Below are positions 1 to 7,944 of a stretch of 64,000 nt of DNA, piece by piece (the stretch's first letter is position 1; every line of letters begins with the position of its first letter). The DNA lies in contig OY820591.1 in assembly GCA_963555985.3 (NCBI GenBank), positions 2,176,001 through 2,240,000 of the forward strand, given 5' to 3'. The stretch is from Dehalococcoidia bacterium (GTDB taxonomy: Bacteria > Chloroflexota > Dehalococcoidia > Bin125). Both the position numbers and the translations under genes were made by a program. The notes beneath the pieces are model-generated. The model made no database searches. It was given only the letters and a program-made list of their open reading frames with translations, and had not been told where the DNA came from.

Positions 1-2
1 CA

Positions 3-86
3 ATCCTGAAAGAACTTGGCTTCACTCCCGACGAGATCGACCAGTTCCAATCAAGCGGCGTGATCTTCGACTCACCGCTTGCCTAG
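3..86 (+). CDS. C-terminal end of a probable family III CoA-transferase (partial, window edge)
   Basis: Frame reads ILKELGFTPDEIDQFQSSGVIFDSPLA*, resembling the 'vL.eLG....i..l...gvi' tail of the CaiB/BaiF proteins elsewhere in this window. Confidence 0.5.
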   Translation: MLKELGFTPDEIDQFQSSGVIFDSPLA

Positions 87-101
87 CCGCGGCGAACGAA
101 C

Positions 102-596
102 TCAGCCGTCATCCTCCGCCGACGCTAATCCCCCGATCCCTTCACGATCCAGCCGATACAACAGCCACTCCGACTCATGCACCATCCCAATCCGACCGTA
201 GAATCCACGCGCCGGATTCCAGTCCAAAACAGAAAGATCCAGCCGCGTCCAGTTCCGCTCACTTGCGATCCGAGCCAACGCCTGCATCAGCGCAAACCCC
301 GCCCCCGTCCCCCGATGCTCCGCCTCCACAAACAAGTCTTCCAGATACAGCGCCGGCCGCCCCTCCCAAGTCGAGTAGTGCGGGAAGAACAGCGCCATCC
401 CAATCGGCCGCCCCTCCCGCTCGGCGATCAGCGTCTCAAAGTGCCGATCGGGGCCGAATCCGTGAGCGCGAATGTCCGCCTCAGTCGTCTTTACCGCCTC
501 CGGCGGTTCGTGCTCAAATGCAGCGAGACCGCGAATGAAGTTCAGAATCGCCGCCGCATCCTCGGGCACGGCCTCCCGTACGGTCACGTCCGCCAT
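102..596 (-). CDS. GNAT N-acetyltransferase (diamine/spermidine acetyltransferase-like)
   Basis: YSTWEGRPALYLEDLFV..EHRGTGAG acetyl-CoA motif; VLDWN..ARGFY. Confidence 0.9.
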   Translation of the reverse strand: MADVTVREAVPEDAAAILNFIRGLAAFEHEPPEAVKTTEADIRAHGFGPDRHFETLIAEREGRPIGMALFFPHYSTWEGRPALYLEDLFVEAEHRGTGAGFALMQALARIASERNWTRLDLSVLDWNPARGFYGRIGMVHESEWLLYRLDREGIGGLASAEDDG

Positions 597-611
597 CGCC
601 GCTCGCCTCTC

Positions 612-1406
612 TCACTCGCCGGTGAAGACGGGCGGGCGCTTCTCGATGAACGAGGCCTGCGCTTCGGCGACATCATGCGGCGCCCGATTCCCGTAGTTAA
701 TCGCCGTAGTCTCGTTGCGCAGCGCCTCCGTCAGGGTCGCGTTGAGATTGCGCTGCATCACCCGCTTTGCCGCCCGCGCCGCCAACGGCGGCCAGAACGC
801 AATCTGTCCCGCAACTTCGCGCGCCCGAGCCATCAACTCCTCATGCGCCACGCGCTCGTTGATCAAGCCCATCGCCAGCGCCTCGTCCGACTCCACGAAG
901 CGGCTCGTCAACACCAGCTCCGCCGCCTTCGGATAGCCGACCACACGCGGCAGGAACCAAGTCATCCCCGCATCCGGACTCAGCGACCGCTCCAGGAACA
1001 CCACCTTGAAGCGCGCCTTCTCCGATCCAACCCGAATATCGCAGGCCAGCGCCAGGCTCATCCCCGCGCCCGCCGCCACCCCGTTCACCGCCGCAATCGC
1101 GGGCTTGTCCAATTCTCCAAACGTCAGCGCCTGCCGACCCACCCAGCCGAATTCATCCAATCGCTCGTTCTGAGTCACGCGCTCAACCTGCCCTGGCCGA
1201 GCGGTCAGATCCGCGCCCGAGCAGAACCCGCGCCCGGCTCCCGTGATGATCACCACCCGCACATCGTCGTCAGCCTGAAGCTGGTTCGCCGCCGTGATCA
1301 TCTCGTCGTGCAGCGGCCGGCTGAGCGCGTTCAGCTTTTCCGGCCGGTCAAGCGTGATCACGCCGATCGGCGCGTCAATCTCCAGGCGAAGGTGTTGAAA
1401 AGTCAT
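612..1406 (-). CDS. Enoyl-CoA hydratase/isomerase family protein
   Basis: TLDRPEKLNAL, GAGRGFCSGADL, KPAIAAVNGVAAGAG crotonase motifs. Confidence 0.93.
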   Translation of the reverse strand: MTFQHLRLEIDAPIGVITLDRPEKLNALSRPLHDEMITAANQLQADDDVRVVIITGAGRGFCSGADLTARPGQVERVTQNERLDEFGWVGRQALTFGELDKPAIAAVNGVAAGAGMSLALACDIRVGSEKARFKVVFLERSLSPDAGMTWFLPRVVGYPKAAELVLTSRFVESDEALAMGLINERVAHEELMARAREVAGQIAFWPPLAARAAKRVMQRNLNATLTEALRNETTAINYGNRAPHDVAEAQASFIEKRPPVFTGE

Positions 1407-1990
1407 CCTGAACTCCGTTCCCCCAGCAGGGTATCGCGCAGCCGCGCAATTTCGGCAAACCGGAAGCAGGTGCCCTCGTGATCGTTCACGATCCCCACGG
1501 CCTGCATGAAGGCGTAGCAGGTCGTCGGCCCGACGAATCGAAATCCGCGCCGCTTCAACTCCCGAGACATCGCCCGCGACTCAACGGTCTGAGGCTGAAT
1601 ATCGCTGCGAGGTTCATTCGACGGGTCGGCATACGCCCAAACAATTTCCGCGAGGCTCAATCCCTGCCGGCGCAGCAACAGCGTCGCCTGAGCATTGCCG
1701 ACCGTCGCCTCAATCTTGCCTCGATGCCTGATGATCCCGGCATCCCCAGTCAGCGCTTCCACGCCGGCCCCGTCAATCTCAGCAATCGCCCCGACATCCC
1801 AATCCAGAAACGCCCGCCGATACCCCTCGCGCCGCATCAACACCGTCCGCCACGAAAGCCCGGCCTGCGCCCCCTCCAAGGTCAGCGTCTCAAACAGCGC
1901 AGATTCGTCCCATCTGGGCACACCCCATTCAAGATCGTGATAAGCGATCATGTCCGAGTCGTCGGCGGGCCAGGCACAGCGCGTGAGCAT
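1403..1990 (-). CDS. tag: DNA-3-methyladenine glycosylase I
   Basis: RCAW..YHDLEWG, LEGAQAGLSW, IIRHRGKI, FRFVGPTTCYAFMQAVGIVNDH; start placed at MLTRCAW. Confidence 0.92.
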   Translation of the reverse strand: MLTRCAWPADDSDMIAYHDLEWGVPRWDESALFETLTLEGAQAGLSWRTVLMRREGYRRAFLDWDVGAIAEIDGAGVEALTGDAGIIRHRGKIEATVGNAQATLLLRRQGLSLAEIVWAYADPSNEPRSDIQPQTVESRAMSRELKRRGFRFVGPTTCYAFMQAVGIVNDHEGTCFRFAEIARLRDTLLGERSSG

Positions 1991-2044
1991 TCTTGTTGCC
2001 CTGAGAATTTTGGTAGCCTGAGCAGGCAGAGGAAGTATCGTCCC

Positions 2045-2170
2045 ATGCCAGACAGCATCCACAGTCTGTCACTTGCCGAGTCTGGCGGGAAGCCGCCTAC
2101 TCTGCCGCCAGATCCGGTGAAGCGGGGGCCGCCAAGCCAACCTGTGCGTCGCCGTGGAGGGCCAACGTAA
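2045..2170 (+). CDS. Putative 41-aa proline-rich peptide (PPTLPPDP)
   Basis: GAGGAAG upstream, TG-n-TAGCCT extended -10 near 2011-2019, stop overlaps next ATG (TAATG), motif shared with next ORF. Confidence 0.5.
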   Translation: MPDSIHSLSLAESGGKPPTLPPDPVKRGPPSQPVRRRGGPT

Positions 2171-2394
2171 TGCGATCCCTACAGACATGGCTCACGCGCG
2201 CACGAAACGTGGTGCAGGCGCTGAAGCTCTTTCTGTTCGGCCGTTCCCGCAACCCCGAGGGCACGCCCTCTCAACATCATCCAGTGGTCGATACAGCTGA
2301 GGGAAGGGGCAGTAGGCCGCCGACGCTCCCGCCGGCCCCTTATCGCTCTGGACTATGGGGACGCATCCCCTCACGGGATCCAGACGGCAGCTGA
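2170..2394 (+). CDS. Putative 74-aa proline-rich peptide (PPTLPPAP)
   Basis: Translationally coupled to previous ORF; same peptide motif written with different synonymous codons. Confidence 0.45.
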   Translation: MRSLQTWLTRARNVVQALKLFLFGRSRNPEGTPSQHHPVVDTAEGRGSRPPTLPPAPYRSGLWGRIPSRDPDGS

Positions 2395-2859
2395 CGCAGC
2401 GGCAGCAACGATCTGAAAGAGAGTCAGCACCGCGAGCACTGCCAAGCCAATCACCTTCTCTTCCAAGACCTTCGTGACTCCTATGCAGGCCCTCCCAATG
2501 CTCTCGACATAGCTCCAGGCCAATGCATCATTCCCATATTCGCCGGTCATGTGGGTCAACAAATCTGCGGGCGCAACGAATTGGCTCATGTCACGAGGGC
2601 GGAGCGCCAAACCGCCGACGATCAACACGAGCACGAAGATCGCGGCTGGCGCCACAACCGCAACCCAAGCAGTCGGTTCCGTGGCCGAAATCAAAGCTCC
2701 GAAAAAGACCCCGAACAGGGCCACGTTGACCGCGACAATCAAGCTCGCCTTGCTATCTAGGGCATCCGTCGCCGAGAGCAGCGTAGACAGGTGAGCCTGC
2801 GCCACTTGGAGGGCGGCCATTCCGCCCGATGATTCGGGCTCGAGCGCGACGTCGGGCAT
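2371..2859 (-). CDS. 3-TM membrane protein, Pycsar-effector/DUF5706-like
   Basis: Helix-LDSKASLIVAVN-TM1-TM2-LRPR...EEK-TM3 layout; TAGGCT -10 element 7 nt before ATG. Confidence 0.65.
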   Translation of the reverse strand: MPDVALEPESSGGMAALQVAQAHLSTLLSATDALDSKASLIVAVNVALFGVFFGALISATEPTAWVAVVAPAAIFVLVLIVGGLALRPRDMSQFVAPADLLTHMTGEYGNDALAWSYVESIGRACIGVTKVLEEKVIGLAVLAVLTLFQIVAAAASAAVWIP

Positions 2860-2899
2860 GGCCAGCAGCCTAACCCGATCCGGCAGGTAGCCTACTCAC

Positions 2900-3499
2900 A
2901 TGGCCTTTCTCCTCGGCGTCACCGGCTCCATCGCCAGCGGCAAATCCCTCCTCTGCCAACACCTCGTCGATCAACACAACGCCCGCCACATCGACGCCGA
3001 CCGACACGTCCACACCATGTACGAACCAGGCAAACCCGCCTTCGACCGCATCGTCGCCCAGTTCGGAGCGCGCGTGATCGGCGACGACGGCTACATCGAC
3101 CGCAAAGCCCTCGGCGACATCGTCTTCGGCAAACCCGACCTCCTAACCGCGCTGCGCACCGCCATCGGCGATATCGAAGGCGAATTCATGCGCCTGCTGC
3201 GAGAGCTGAAGACCGATCCGGCCCCGATTGCGGTGTTTGAGGCCGTTCGCCTCTTCGAAGGCCCCTACATGGAACTCTGCGACGCCGGTTGGCTGGTGGC
3301 GTCGGAGGACGAAACCGCCCTTACCCGGCTCATGGCCCGCAACAAGCTCACCCGCGAGGAGGCCGAGCAGCGCATGGCCTCCGCCACACCCTGGCTCGAG
3401 CGCGCGCCCAAAGCCGACCTCGTACTCCACAACGACGGCACAGTCGACGAGTTCCTCGCCGCCGCCGACACCGCCGTTCGAGAGGCCCTGAGCCGCTAG
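2900..3499 (+). CDS. coaE: Dephospho-CoA kinase
   Basis: GVTGSIASGKS P-loop, IDAD, IDRKALGDIVF, RLMARN. Confidence 0.92.
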   Translation: MAFLLGVTGSIASGKSLLCQHLVDQHNARHIDADRHVHTMYEPGKPAFDRIVAQFGARVIGDDGYIDRKALGDIVFGKPDLLTALRTAIGDIEGEFMRLLRELKTDPAPIAVFEAVRLFEGPYMELCDAGWLVASEDETALTRLMARNKLTREEAEQRMASATPWLERAPKADLVLHNDGTVDEFLAAADTAVREALSR

Positions 3500-3532
3500 C
3501 CTCACATCCACAGCAACAGGATGGAGGCAAAC

Positions 3533-5716
3533 ATGGGCGCACTCGACGGACTTCGCGTAATCGACTTCGGACAGTACATGGCCGGCCCCCTGGCCGCGAT
3601 GATGCTCGCCGACAACGGGGCCGACGTGATCCGCATCGATCCTCCCGCCGGACCGATCTGGGACACTCCCGCCAACGCGGTCTGGAATCGCGGCAAACGC
3701 CGCATCTCGCTCGACCTCAAGACTGCCGACGGGCGGCGCACGGCGCAGGAGTTGATTGCGTCCGCTGATGTTGTGGTCGAGAACTTCCGCCCGGGCGTGA
3801 TGGATCGTCTCGGTCTCGGGTCCGAGGAATCAACCAACGCCAACGACCGCCTGATCTACCTCTCGCTGCCTGGATTCTCCGCGGACGACGAACGCGCCGC
3901 GATGCCCGCTTGGGAAGGCGTGGTCTCTGCCGGCGTGGGTACCTACAGCGGCTCCCTCTTCGCCGACGCTCCCCGACCGGTCTACACCGCCGTGCCCATC
4001 GCCTCCTCCTACGCCGCCTTCACCGGCTGCGCCGGCGTCGCCATGGCCCTGGTCGCCCGCGAACGCGACGGCTTCGGACAACGCATCGAAGCCTCCCTGC
4101 ACGACAGCCTCTATCAGGCCATCGGCATTCGCGGCCTCAAGTTCCTCGACCGCGACGCCCCGCGCGGACCCGTCCCCTGGGTGGGACCCTACGAATGCGC
4201 CGACGGACGCTGGGTCTTCTTCCACGCTGCCTACTCCCACTTCATCCGTCAGTTCTGCATCGCCGCCGGCGTTCCCCAGTGGCTCGACGAACCCTGGTCG
4301 AAAGCCTCCGAAATCCAGCAGGACTTCTCTCTCGCCGACATCGCCCGCGCCCAACTCACCAACATCTTCCTCACCCGCACCGCCCAGGAGTGGGAAGACC
4401 TGATCAACGCCGCCGCCACCCCCACCGGCCCGCCGACCGTCCGCTGCCTCGACTCCGCCGAGTGGCTGCACGAACCCCACGCGCGCGAGGCCGAGATCAT
4501 CGTCGAACTCGACGACCCCGAACTTGGTCCCATGCTCCAGCCCGGCATCCAGGTGCGCATGTCCCAGACCCCCGGCGCGATTCGCGGACCCCGCAAAGCC
4601 CTCGACGCCGACCGCGGCGACATCCTCTCCGAGCTCTCAGCCTCAGCCCCCGCAGCGATCCGCGCCCCGGGCAACCGCCTCTCCCAAGCCCTCGAGGACG
4701 TCAACGCGCTCGACCTCTGCATCATCCTCGCCGGCCCCACCTGCGGACGCACGCTCGCCGAATTCGGCGCAGACGTGATCAAGATTGACAACCCCTCCCG
4801 CGAAAACGGGATCATGCTTCACGAAGACATCAATCGCGGCAAACGCTCGATCCTGCTCGACCTCAAGCGCCCCGAAGGCCGCGACCTCTTCATGCAACTC
4901 GCCGCCGACGCCGACGTCATCGTTCAGAACTACCGCCTCGGCAAGGTCGGCGGACTCAACGTCGACTACGACTCCGTCCGCCGCCTCAACCCCGATGTCG
5001 TCTACGCCTCGCTCAATGCCTTCGGCGAAATCGGCCCCTGGGCTCAGCGCGCCGGCTGGGAGCAACTCGCACAGTCGGCCAGCGGCATGATGACCCGCTA
5101 CGGCGACACCGAACCCACCCTCCAACCCTTCGCCATCAACGACTACGGCACCGGCATCAACGGCGCCTTCGCCGTCGGCATGGCCCTCTACCACCGCCTC
5201 CGCACCGGACAAGGCCAGCAAGTCTTCACCGCCCTCGCCCGCACCGCCAGCACCCTCCAGTCGAACATGCTCCATGGCTATGAAGGCAAACGTTGGGACG
5301 AACCCGCCGGCCAGGACGCCCTCGGCGACAGCCCCCTCCACCGGCTCTATGAAGCCGCCGACGGCTGGCTCTTCCTCGGAGCCAAGCCCGGACAAGCCGC
5401 CGACATCCCCTCCGAAGACGAATTCAAGACCAAGACCGTCGCCGAATGGATCGCCAAACTCACCGCCAACGGCATCGGCGCCGAGCCCGTCAAGTCAGTC
5501 GAAGACGCCATGACCAACCCTCGCGCCGTCAAACTCGGACTCTCCCTCACCCGCGAACACGACGGCCGCGGCCGGGTCCGAACCAACGGCCCCTCAGTCA
5601 ACCTCTCCCGAACCCCGGTCGTCGCCGGCCGCCCCGCCATGCTCCCAGGCTCCGCAGCCCCGGAACTCCTGGGCGAACGAGCGAAAGAACTTACAGCCGC
5701 AGGAGTCTTGGGATAA
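3533..5716 (+). CDS. Two-domain (fused) family III CoA-transferase
   Basis: Two CaiB/BaiF repeats (GADVIRID..NRGKRRISLDLK; GADVIKID..NRGKRSILLDLK); GGAGG RBS. Confidence 0.92.
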   Translation: MGALDGLRVIDFGQYMAGPLAAMMLADNGADVIRIDPPAGPIWDTPANAVWNRGKRRISLDLKTADGRRTAQELIASADVVVENFRPGVMDRLGLGSEESTNANDRLIYLSLPGFSADDERAAMPAWEGVVSAGVGTYSGSLFADAPRPVYTAVPIASSYAAFTGCAGVAMALVARERDGFGQRIEASLHDSLYQAIGIRGLKFLDRDAPRGPVPWVGPYECADGRWVFFHAAYSHFIRQFCIAAGVPQWLDEPWSKASEIQQDFSLADIARAQLTNIFLTRTAQEWEDLINAAATPTGPPTVRCLDSAEWLHEPHAREAEIIVELDDPELGPMLQPGIQVRMSQTPGAIRGPRKALDADRGDILSELSASAPAAIRAPGNRLSQALEDVNALDLCIILAGPTCGRTLAEFGADVIKIDNPSRENGIMLHEDINRGKRSILLDLKRPEGRDLFMQLAADADVIVQNYRLGKVGGLNVDYDSVRRLNPDVVYASLNAFGEIGPWAQRAGWEQLAQSASGMMTRYGDTEPTLQPFAINDYGTGINGAFAVGMALYHRLRTGQGQQVFTALARTASTLQSNMLHGYEGKRWDEPAGQDALGDSPLHRLYEAADGWLFLGAKPGQAADIPSEDEFKTKTVAEWIAKLTANGIGAEPVKSVEDAMTNPRAVKLGLSLTREHDGRGRVRTNGPSVNLSRTPVVAGRPAMLPGSAAPELLGERAKELTAAGVLG

Positions 5717-5769
5717 CAACCATCAAACGCCTAAGCTCAAAACAAGAGCCAGCGGACGGGAGACCGCCT

Positions 5770-6144
5770 ATGGGCGCGACTCACGTCACCGTCAACGTCA
5801 CCAATCCCGGCGATCACAGCCGCGAGTGGAGCGGACTCTTCCTCGTCGACACCGGCGCAACCGACTCCCTCGTGCCCAGGAAACACCTGGACGAGATCGG
5901 CGTCGCACCGGATGGCCAGCGCTTCTACATCTTGGCCGACGGCAGCGAGCTGCGCCTCGACATCGCCGTCGCCAGACTCGAAATCCTCGGCGAAATCGTC
6001 GGTACCACCGTCATGTTCGGCGATGACGACGCCGAACCCCTCCTGGGAGTCACCGCCCTCGAATCCTTAGGAATCGAAGTAGACCCCCTCAATCAACGCC
6101 TCAGACGCCTCCCCGCCGTCCGTCTCAAAACCGCACACCCTTGA
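5770..6144 (+). CDS. Clan AA aspartic protease (AF_0612-like)
   Basis: MGATHVTV..FLVDTGAT..PLLGVTALESLG. Confidence 0.85.
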   Translation: MGATHVTVNVTNPGDHSREWSGLFLVDTGATDSLVPRKHLDEIGVAPDGQRFYILADGSELRLDIAVARLEILGEIVGTTVMFGDDDAEPLLGVTALESLGIEVDPLNQRLRRLPAVRLKTAHP

Positions 6145-6183
6145 CGAACCCGATCCCCTGATGGCAATCGGCAGACCAACCCC

Positions 6184-6378
6184 ATGAGCGAACAACCGGA
6201 CGCCCTCAAGCACGAGACGCCTGCTCCACAGAACAACGGCGGCGAACCTTACGGCATCGAGGATCAGATCCACGCTGTCGTAGCTCATGCTTCCCATGCA
6301 GAACGTGACAAACTTCCGTCCGACTTCGGCAAGAACCTCGAAAACCACCTTTACGGCTATCCCAAGGAAGAAGACTGA
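6184..6378 (+). CDS. Putative antitoxin of a VapBC-type pair
   Basis: Small acidic ORF ending LPSDFGKNLENHLYG, TGATG overlap with PIN ORF. Confidence 0.7.
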   Translation: MSEQPDALKHETPAPQNNGGEPYGIEDQIHAVVAHASHAERDKLPSDFGKNLENHLYGYPKEED

Positions 6379-6590
6379 TGCGAACACGGTTCGCAGATTC
6401 GGGGTGCTGGATTGCGCTCCTCTACCCGAACGATCAGCTTCATCAACTGGCCGATGCAGTCGCGGCTGTGCTGACCGACTGCGCGAGCTTTCTCGTGATG
6501 GAGAAGCGGGGCATCGCCGAGGCGCTGGCCTACGACCGCGATTTCGAGCAGGCCGGGTTCGTCGCCCTGCTGCGAGACGCATCGCTCTGA
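6378..6590 (+). pseudogene. PIN/VapC toxin with large in-frame internal deletion
   Basis: N-terminal FADSGCWIALL joined almost directly to C-terminal LTDCASFLVM..YDRDFEQAGF; 70 aa versus about 140 for the intact PIN at 30477. Confidence 0.75.
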
Positions 6591-6643
6591 ACGCCGCCCG
6601 CCGACGCCCTCGCTATCCTGACCCCAATCCACGGGAGTACACC

Positions 6644-7840
6644 ATGCCCCTCGCCCTCTCCGACGTCCGCATCCTCGACCTCACCCAATACGAAGCCGGC
6701 ACCTCCTCCACCCAGGCGCTCGGCTGGCTCGGCGCCGAAATCGTCAAAGTCGAACCCCCTCAACGCGGTGAACCCGGACGCCGCCTCGGCGCCGGCCCCG
6801 ACGCCGTCGACTCCACCTACTTCATCACCCTCAACAACAACAAACGCTCCCTCACCCTCGATCTCAAGACTGACCAGGGCCGCGAACTCTTCCTCCAACT
6901 CGTGCCCAAATTCGACATCGTGGTCGAAAACTTCACCCTCGGCACGATGGAACGCCTCGGCATCGGCTACGACACGCTCAAAGAAATCCACCCCCAACTC
7001 ATCTACTGCACCGTCAAGGGCTTCGGTACCACCGGACCCTGGGCGCCCACCAAATCGTTCGACATGGTTGCCCAGGCCGCCGGCGGCGCCATGGCCATCA
7101 CCGGCACCGAAGACACCCTCCCGCTCAAACCCGGACCCACCATCGGCGACACCGGCACCGGCGTCCAAGCCGCCATTGGAATGCTCGCCGCCCTCTGGCA
7201 GCGCGCCCGCGACGGCGTCGGCCAAAAAGTCGAACTCTCCATGCAAGAAGCCGTCACCAACTACACCCGCGTCCCCATGACCCGCCGCGAAATCTCCGGC
7301 GACCCCGCCCCGCCCTACGGCGACGGCCAAACCGCACCCACCGGACTCTTCCCCTGCAAACCCGGCGGCCGCGCCGATTGGGTCTGGATCGTCGTCGCCG
7401 GCGGTCGAATGCGCAAAGCCCTCATGCACACCATCGGCCGTCCCGACCTGGCCGAATCCAATGGCGCGCGCGGAATCACCCGCAACGAAGGCGACGACGT
7501 CCGCCAGGCCATAGAAGCCTGGACCCGAGAACGGACCAAGTTCGAAGTCATGGACGCCATGAGAGAAGCCGGAGTCCCCTCCGGCCCCGTCCTCGACTCC
7601 GGCGAAATCTTCGACAACGAACACCTCCGCGAACGAGGAATGCTGGTCGACATCGAACACCCCACCAGAGGCCCTATGACCCTCCTCGGCTGCCCCATCC
7701 GCCTCAGCGAAAGCCCCCCGGTCCACCAACGAGCCCCCCTCCTCGGAGAACACACCGCCGAAGTCCTGGCCGAAGAGTTGGGCCTCGAAGCCTCTGCGGT
7801 TGAGGCCCTGGCCGAGTCAGGGGTCGTCTCAACCGCTTGA
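6644..7840 (+). CDS. Family III CoA-transferase (formyl-CoA transferase-like)
   Basis: LDLTQYEAG, LGAEIVKVEPP, NNNKRSLTLDLK, IGDTGTG with catalytic Asp. Confidence 0.92.
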   Translation: MPLALSDVRILDLTQYEAGTSSTQALGWLGAEIVKVEPPQRGEPGRRLGAGPDAVDSTYFITLNNNKRSLTLDLKTDQGRELFLQLVPKFDIVVENFTLGTMERLGIGYDTLKEIHPQLIYCTVKGFGTTGPWAPTKSFDMVAQAAGGAMAITGTEDTLPLKPGPTIGDTGTGVQAAIGMLAALWQRARDGVGQKVELSMQEAVTNYTRVPMTRREISGDPAPPYGDGQTAPTGLFPCKPGGRADWVWIVVAGGRMRKALMHTIGRPDLAESNGARGITRNEGDDVRQAIEAWTRERTKFEVMDAMREAGVPSGPVLDSGEIFDNEHLRERGMLVDIEHPTRGPMTLLGCPIRLSESPPVHQRAPLLGEHTAEVLAEELGLEASAVEALAESGVVSTA

Positions 7841-7859
7841 GCCGCTTCCACAAACAACA

Positions 7860-7936
7860 CCGTCATACCCACGCTTGCCGCGGAGCCTGTCCCCGCGAAG
7901 GCGAGGATCACTCGCCGTGATCTGCACGGTCGTCGC
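7860..7936. repeat. GTCAT-type REP-like palindromic repeat (truncated)
   Basis: CGTCATACCCACGCTTGCCGCGGAGCCTGTCCCCGCGAAGGCG nearly identical to 23312-23355. Confidence 0.8.
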
Positions 7937-7944
7937 TCACGCAG

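Noticed and set aside
177-1481. Long ORFs antisense or out of frame to real genes (e.g. 177-1481, 14123-15898, 16206-17594, 41271-42539, 62383-63783)
   Set aside because: Shadow ORFs typical of high-GC DNA; no motifs, and they overlap well-supported genes
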